A stretch of 64,000 nucleotides of DNA from Nannocystis bainbridge (lineage in GTDB: Bacteria; Myxococcota_A; Polyangia; Nannocystales; Nannocystaceae): positions 1,472,001 through 1,536,000 of the forward strand of contig NZ_JAQNDL010000001.1 of the NCBI RefSeq assembly GCF_028368995.1, read 5' to 3'. Made by a program: the position numbers and the translations under genes. Shown piece after piece: positions 60,631 to 64,000 of this stretch. The notes under the pieces were generated by a model, which saw only the letters and a program-made list of their open reading frames with translations, was not told the DNA's origin and ran no database searches. The number at the start of each line of letters is the position of its first letter. The first letter of the stretch is position 1.

Positions 60631-61035
60631 ATGTCCTCCCTCGAGCTCGTGGCCCTGATCGTCGACGACTACGACCCCGCGATCGAATTCTTCGTCGGCG
60701 CGCTCGGCTTCACATTGGTCGAGGACTCGCCGGCGCACACCAACGACGGGCGCTCGAAGCGTTGGGTGGTCGTGCGGCCGCCCGGGGCGCAGACGGCGAT
60801 CTTGCTCGCGCGCGCCGACGGGCCGCGTCAGGCCGCGGCTGTCGGCGAGCAGTTCGCCGGCCGCGTCGGCCTGTTCCTGCGCGTCGACGACTTCGAGGCC
60901 GCACACGCGCGCATGCTCGCGGCCGGCGTCGAGTTCGTGTCTGCCCCGCGCACCGAGCCGTACGGGCGCGTCGCCGTGTTCCGCGACATCGCCGGCAACC
61001 GCTGGGACATGCTCGGCCCGGACCCGCGCCGCTGA
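60631..61035 (+). CDS. VOC/glyoxalase family protein
   Basis: VDDYDPAIEFFVGALGF, RWVVV.P, LFLRVDDF, EPYGRVAVFRDIAGNRWD. Confidence 0.9.
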   Translation: MSSLELVALIVDDYDPAIEFFVGALGFTLVEDSPAHTNDGRSKRWVVVRPPGAQTAILLARADGPRQAAAVGEQFAGRVGLFLRVDDFEAAHARMLAAGVEFVSAPRTEPYGRVAVFRDIAGNRWDMLGPDPRR

Positions 61036-61061
61036 GCTGCCACCTCGTGGCGCACGCGAGT

Positions 61062-61083
61062 GACATGTCCTTTCGGACATGCC
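61062..61083. repeat. REP-like palindrome GACATGTCC-N4-GGACATG
   Basis: Lies between convergent stop codons. Confidence 0.7.
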
Positions 61084-61086
61084 GCG

Positions 61087-62205
61087 TCACTCGGCGGCGA
61101 GCACCGCCAGCGCGTCCGACGACTCGTAGTAGACGGCGTCGAGCCCACGCAGCAGCGCGGCCCGCTGTTCGCGGGAGAACACCGGCTCTAGCGACTTCAA
61201 GACGCGAGGGTCGTAGAAGCGGAAATACACGCGGTCCGCCTCGCCCTCGACCTCGACCATCAAGAACTGTCGCAGGTGCCGCCGCACCGCCTCGAGCGGC
61301 TTCTTGCTGACGAGGAACACGCCCCACGCGTCGCCCCAGCCCTCATGGACCAGGCGCTCGAGCAGCAGGGAGTCGGCCCGCAGCTGGACCACGTACGGCG
61401 CCACGTCGTCGAACGCGCGGCCCCTCTCGCCGTCGAACAGCGAGGCGTAGGGATCGACGCTCTCCTCGATGAGCTGGAGCGCCCGCTCGGAGCGCGCGGC
61501 GTCGACGACCGCGTAGAGCGTGCCCGCGTCGCACGGGGCCCGGAGCGTGGCGAGAGCGGCGAGCCCCGCCTCGCTCGGCGTGACCGGCCCGGGCGGCGGC
61601 GTGTAGTCCTCGACGAGGAAGCGGAAGCTCGTGCGGCCGGCCGTCATCCACCCGCGGCTGGCCAGCTCGCCGACGAAGCACGGCTCGCCGTCGACGGCGA
61701 TCCGGTGCGGGTCGAGGGCCTGCACGTGGGCGCACACGCCGTCCCACACGATCTGGAAGTGCGGCGAGCCGCCGGCATCGGCGTGGACCACGAAATCGGA
61801 CCGCGCAGTGCCCACGGTGCGCGGCTCACCCGGCTCGAGGATCAGCTTGTGGTAGCTCTCGCGGCCCGACCATACTTGCAAGATCGCTCGACGCCTCGTC
61901 GCCGGCCCGAGCGGCAGCAGGTGATAGCGCGCGAACGTGTAGTCGAGCTCGCCGAGCGCGTCGGCGTATTCGGGGTCGAGCTCGCCGAACTCGCGGAGGC
62001 CGAGCGGACCGAGGTTGGTGCGCGCGCGATCGTCAGGGTGAGGGATCCGGCCGCGGGCGGTGGTCCGGGCCATGAACTCGAGCTGGACGGCGATCGTTCG
62101 CAGCGCGGGCCAGCGCGAGGGGTCGAGCGCGCGGGTGTGGGCGCGGGCCTCGGCGAGCACCTCCGCGAAGGCGTCGCGCGACGTGATCCGCATCAGCTCG
62201 GACAC
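61087..62205 (-). CDS. Fusion of a Tsi6-like immunity domain, a degenerate FHA domain and a DUF4123 T6SS adaptor
   Basis: N-terminal QL.F......NLG....REF.E.DPEY...L....Y (Tsi6-like); central beta-rich FHA-like segment; C-terminal LYAVVDAA, APY.V.L, WG, HLR, YFRFYDPRVL (DUF4123). Confidence 0.75.
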   Translation of the reverse strand: MSELMRITSRDAFAEVLAEARAHTRALDPSRWPALRTIAVQLEFMARTTARGRIPHPDDRARTNLGPLGLREFGELDPEYADALGELDYTFARYHLLPLGPATRRRAILQVWSGRESYHKLILEPGEPRTVGTARSDFVVHADAGGSPHFQIVWDGVCAHVQALDPHRIAVDGEPCFVGELASRGWMTAGRTSFRFLVEDYTPPPGPVTPSEAGLAALATLRAPCDAGTLYAVVDAARSERALQLIEESVDPYASLFDGERGRAFDDVAPYVVQLRADSLLLERLVHEGWGDAWGVFLVSKKPLEAVRRHLRQFLMVEVEGEADRVYFRFYDPRVLKSLEPVFSREQRAALLRGLDAVYYESSDALAVLAAE

Positions 62206-62208
62206 GCG

Positions 62209-63198
62209 TCAGCCCCACGGGTGAAAGCGCTTGGGGATCATGACCTGCGTGGCGCCGCCCTTGCAGTGCACGGGATCCGCGAGCGACCAATCGTCGACGA
62301 TGGGGGCGGCGGTGCTCTGGAGGCCGAGAGCGGGATCGCCGAAGGTGACCTCGCGCGGCTCGCGGACCACGGGCGGCGGGCTCGGCTTGCCGTCGACGAG
62401 CGCGTAGGCGGAAGACGAGCAGCCGACCTCCTCCGGCGTGATCGACGGGTCGAGCGTGAAGTACTGGCCGGTGCCGGCGCCCGGGATGCTGCGCTGAAAC
62501 AGGGTCTGCTCGCTGAACGAGCGCACCGAGACGGGCCGGCTCAGGTCGATGCCCTTGATGTGCGAGAGGATCTGGCTCGGCTTCATCTTGCTGGGCCCGT
62601 GCGCGGCGTAGAACTGATAGGCGACGGCGTAGCGGGTCTGCACGCGCAGCTCCGCGAGGCCGTCGTCCGCGTCGTCCTGGGCGGCGAGCTCGTGCTTCGA
62701 GACGTCGAGGTCGGCGAAGGCGTCGCGGCCGCTGCGGGCGCCGGGCGGCGGCTCGTCGTCGTCGAGGGTCGCGCTGCCCGGGTCGGACGCGATCGGCTCG
62801 GCGGAGTCGTCGAAGGTGTCGACCGCGACGCGCTGGCGCTCGCACTCCTCACAGAAGGGCGTCCCGCGGCGCGCGGCGACCCGGAGCGCGAAGCTCTGCG
62901 GGGTGTCGCCGATGATCACGGTCGGGCAGCCGGCCGTGATCATGTCGCCCGAGGCGTGCACGGCGGGATCGGTGCGGCGCGCGGCCTGGCGGTGATTGAT
63001 CAGCACGGTCGCCGAGCCCTGCTTGATCTTGTCGGTCGGACCGACCGGGAAGCACACGACGCGATCGTCCTTCCGCGCCGCCGGGAGGAAGCCGACGATC
63101 ACGTCGGCGCTGCCCGAATAGATCGGCCCGCCGACGTGCGGCACGGGCCCGTCTTTGGGGCAGCTGTGATAGTCGCTGATCCGGGCGGCTTCGGGCAT
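62209..63198 (-). CDS. PAAR-domain effector with a C-terminal Tse6-like (Ntox46) NAD(P)+ glycohydrolase toxin
   Basis: AARISD.H.CP..H..GPI..GS..V.....PAAR; PFCEEC linker; SHIKGIDLSRPV, GQYFT, LQSTAAPIVDDWS, GGATQ. Confidence 0.8.
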   Translation of the reverse strand: MPEAARISDYHSCPKDGPVPHVGGPIYSGSADVIVGFLPAARKDDRVVCFPVGPTDKIKQGSATVLINHRQAARRTDPAVHASGDMITAGCPTVIIGDTPQSFALRVAARRGTPFCEECERQRVAVDTFDDSAEPIASDPGSATLDDDEPPPGARSGRDAFADLDVSKHELAAQDDADDGLAELRVQTRYAVAYQFYAAHGPSKMKPSQILSHIKGIDLSRPVSVRSFSEQTLFQRSIPGAGTGQYFTLDPSITPEEVGCSSSAYALVDGKPSPPPVVREPREVTFGDPALGLQSTAAPIVDDWSLADPVHCKGGATQVMIPKRFHPWG

Positions 63199-63389
63199 GA
63201 CAACGGCCTTCTGCGGGTTCGTGGCAGCCTAACAGAAGACGCGGAGGGCGACACACGAACGGCGATGTGGCCATGGGACGCATCATGCGCGCCGCGGTCC
63301 GCGGATGCGTGCGCGACGCGGGCGCGCGCGCGCTTTCGTCGGCGCAATGGACAGACGCGGGTCATCGCGGGCATGATGGTCGGACGCCC

Positions 63390-64000
63390 GTGTCCGGTTC
63401 GTTCTCTCCGCGCGTCGGTGACCGCGTCCGCGAACGCTTCGAGCTGATGGCGCCGCTGCGCGAGGGCGGATCGACGCAGGTGTTCCTGGCCGTCGATCAT
63501 CAGGTCGGCCGCGAGGTGGAGCTGCTGCTGTTCGACCCGACCTGCGTCCGGGCCGAGTCGTGGAGCGCGTTCGCTCGAGCGGTCCGCGCGGCGGCCGCGG
63601 CCAAGATCCCGGGCCTGGTGCTGCCCCGGGGCTTGACGGAGGCCGCCCCCGCCCCGCCGTATTGCGCGACGGACGTACAAGCGGCGTCCAGCCTGGCGCG
63701 GCTGGTCGAGCGCGGCCCCACGCCCTGGCAGCGCGCGCTGACCCTGTGCGAGCGGATCGCGGCGATCGTCGAGCGCGCGCACGCGGCCACGGGCGTGGCC
63801 CACCGCGCGCTGACGCCGTCGCGCTGCGTCGTGACCGGGCGCGACGAGGTGCGGGTGCTCGACTACGGGGTCGTCGAGGTGACGGGCGTCGAGGACTCGC
63901 CGTACCGCGCACCGGAGCAGCAAGGCGACAGCGGCGATCCGCGGAGCGATGTCCGGGCGATCGGGGTGATGCTCTGTGAATTGATCACGGGCCAGCGCGT
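63390..64000 (+). CDS. Ser/Thr protein kinase-like protein, probable pseudokinase (runs off the window)
   Basis: RFEL...L.EGG...VFLA.D, HRALTPSR in place of HRDLKPxN, VLDYG, YRAPEQ, D.RSDV.AIGV.LCELITG. Confidence 0.7.
   Translation, partial: MSGSFSPRVGDRVRERFELMAPLREGGSTQVFLAVDHQVGREVELLLFDPTCVRAESWSAFARAVRAAAAAKIPGLVLPRGLTEAAPAPPYCATDVQAASSLARLVERGPTPWQRALTLCERIAAIVERAHAATGVAHRALTPSRCVVTGRDEVRVLDYGVVEVTGVEDSPYRAPEQQGDSGDPRSDVRAIGVMLCELITGQR

Noticed and set aside
1-64000. tRNA, rRNA, IS transposase or prophage genes
   Set aside because: No recognisable signatures found by eye.

Overview
Very GC-rich bacterial DNA with a myxobacterial gene repertoire: many lipoproteins, AgmX/PglI-type C-terminal domains, carboxypeptidase-regulatory-repeat/PDZ protein, FHA and Ser/Thr kinase-like genes. 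A Nannocystis/Polyangia-like origin is an inference. Main content: (1) scattered metabolic and envelope genes (alpha/beta hydrolase, HExxH lipoprotein, orphan thiH, LysR + GST, sulfatase-fold protein, Sel1 protein, acyl-CoA dehydrogenase, AAA/R3H, metallophosphoesterase, DUF309, LolA-like protein, Tat multicopper oxidase); (2) a tandemly duplicated two-gene cassette of a Thr-rich lipoprotein plus a secreted collagen-like protein with differing C-terminal heads; (3) a 17.3-kb five-module NRPS with no thioesterase (predicted Ser-D-X-Ser-X-Gly, ending in an altered E domain), with a CPF-motif protein, PvdE/SyrD-type exporter and MbtH, facing a DUF697/SPFH/solute-binding operon; (4) a conflict region with an SMI1/KNR4 protein and a PAAR-Tse6-like (Ntox46) NADase effector followed by an apparent Tsi6 immunity-FHA-DUF4123 triple fusion; (5) non-coding structure: a dispersed GACATGTCC palindromic repeat family, a 54-bp gene-3'-end duplication flanking a 3.6-kb insert, a 36-bp tandem array, and a mirrored promoter element. 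All family calls come from visual motif recognition; no database searches were run.
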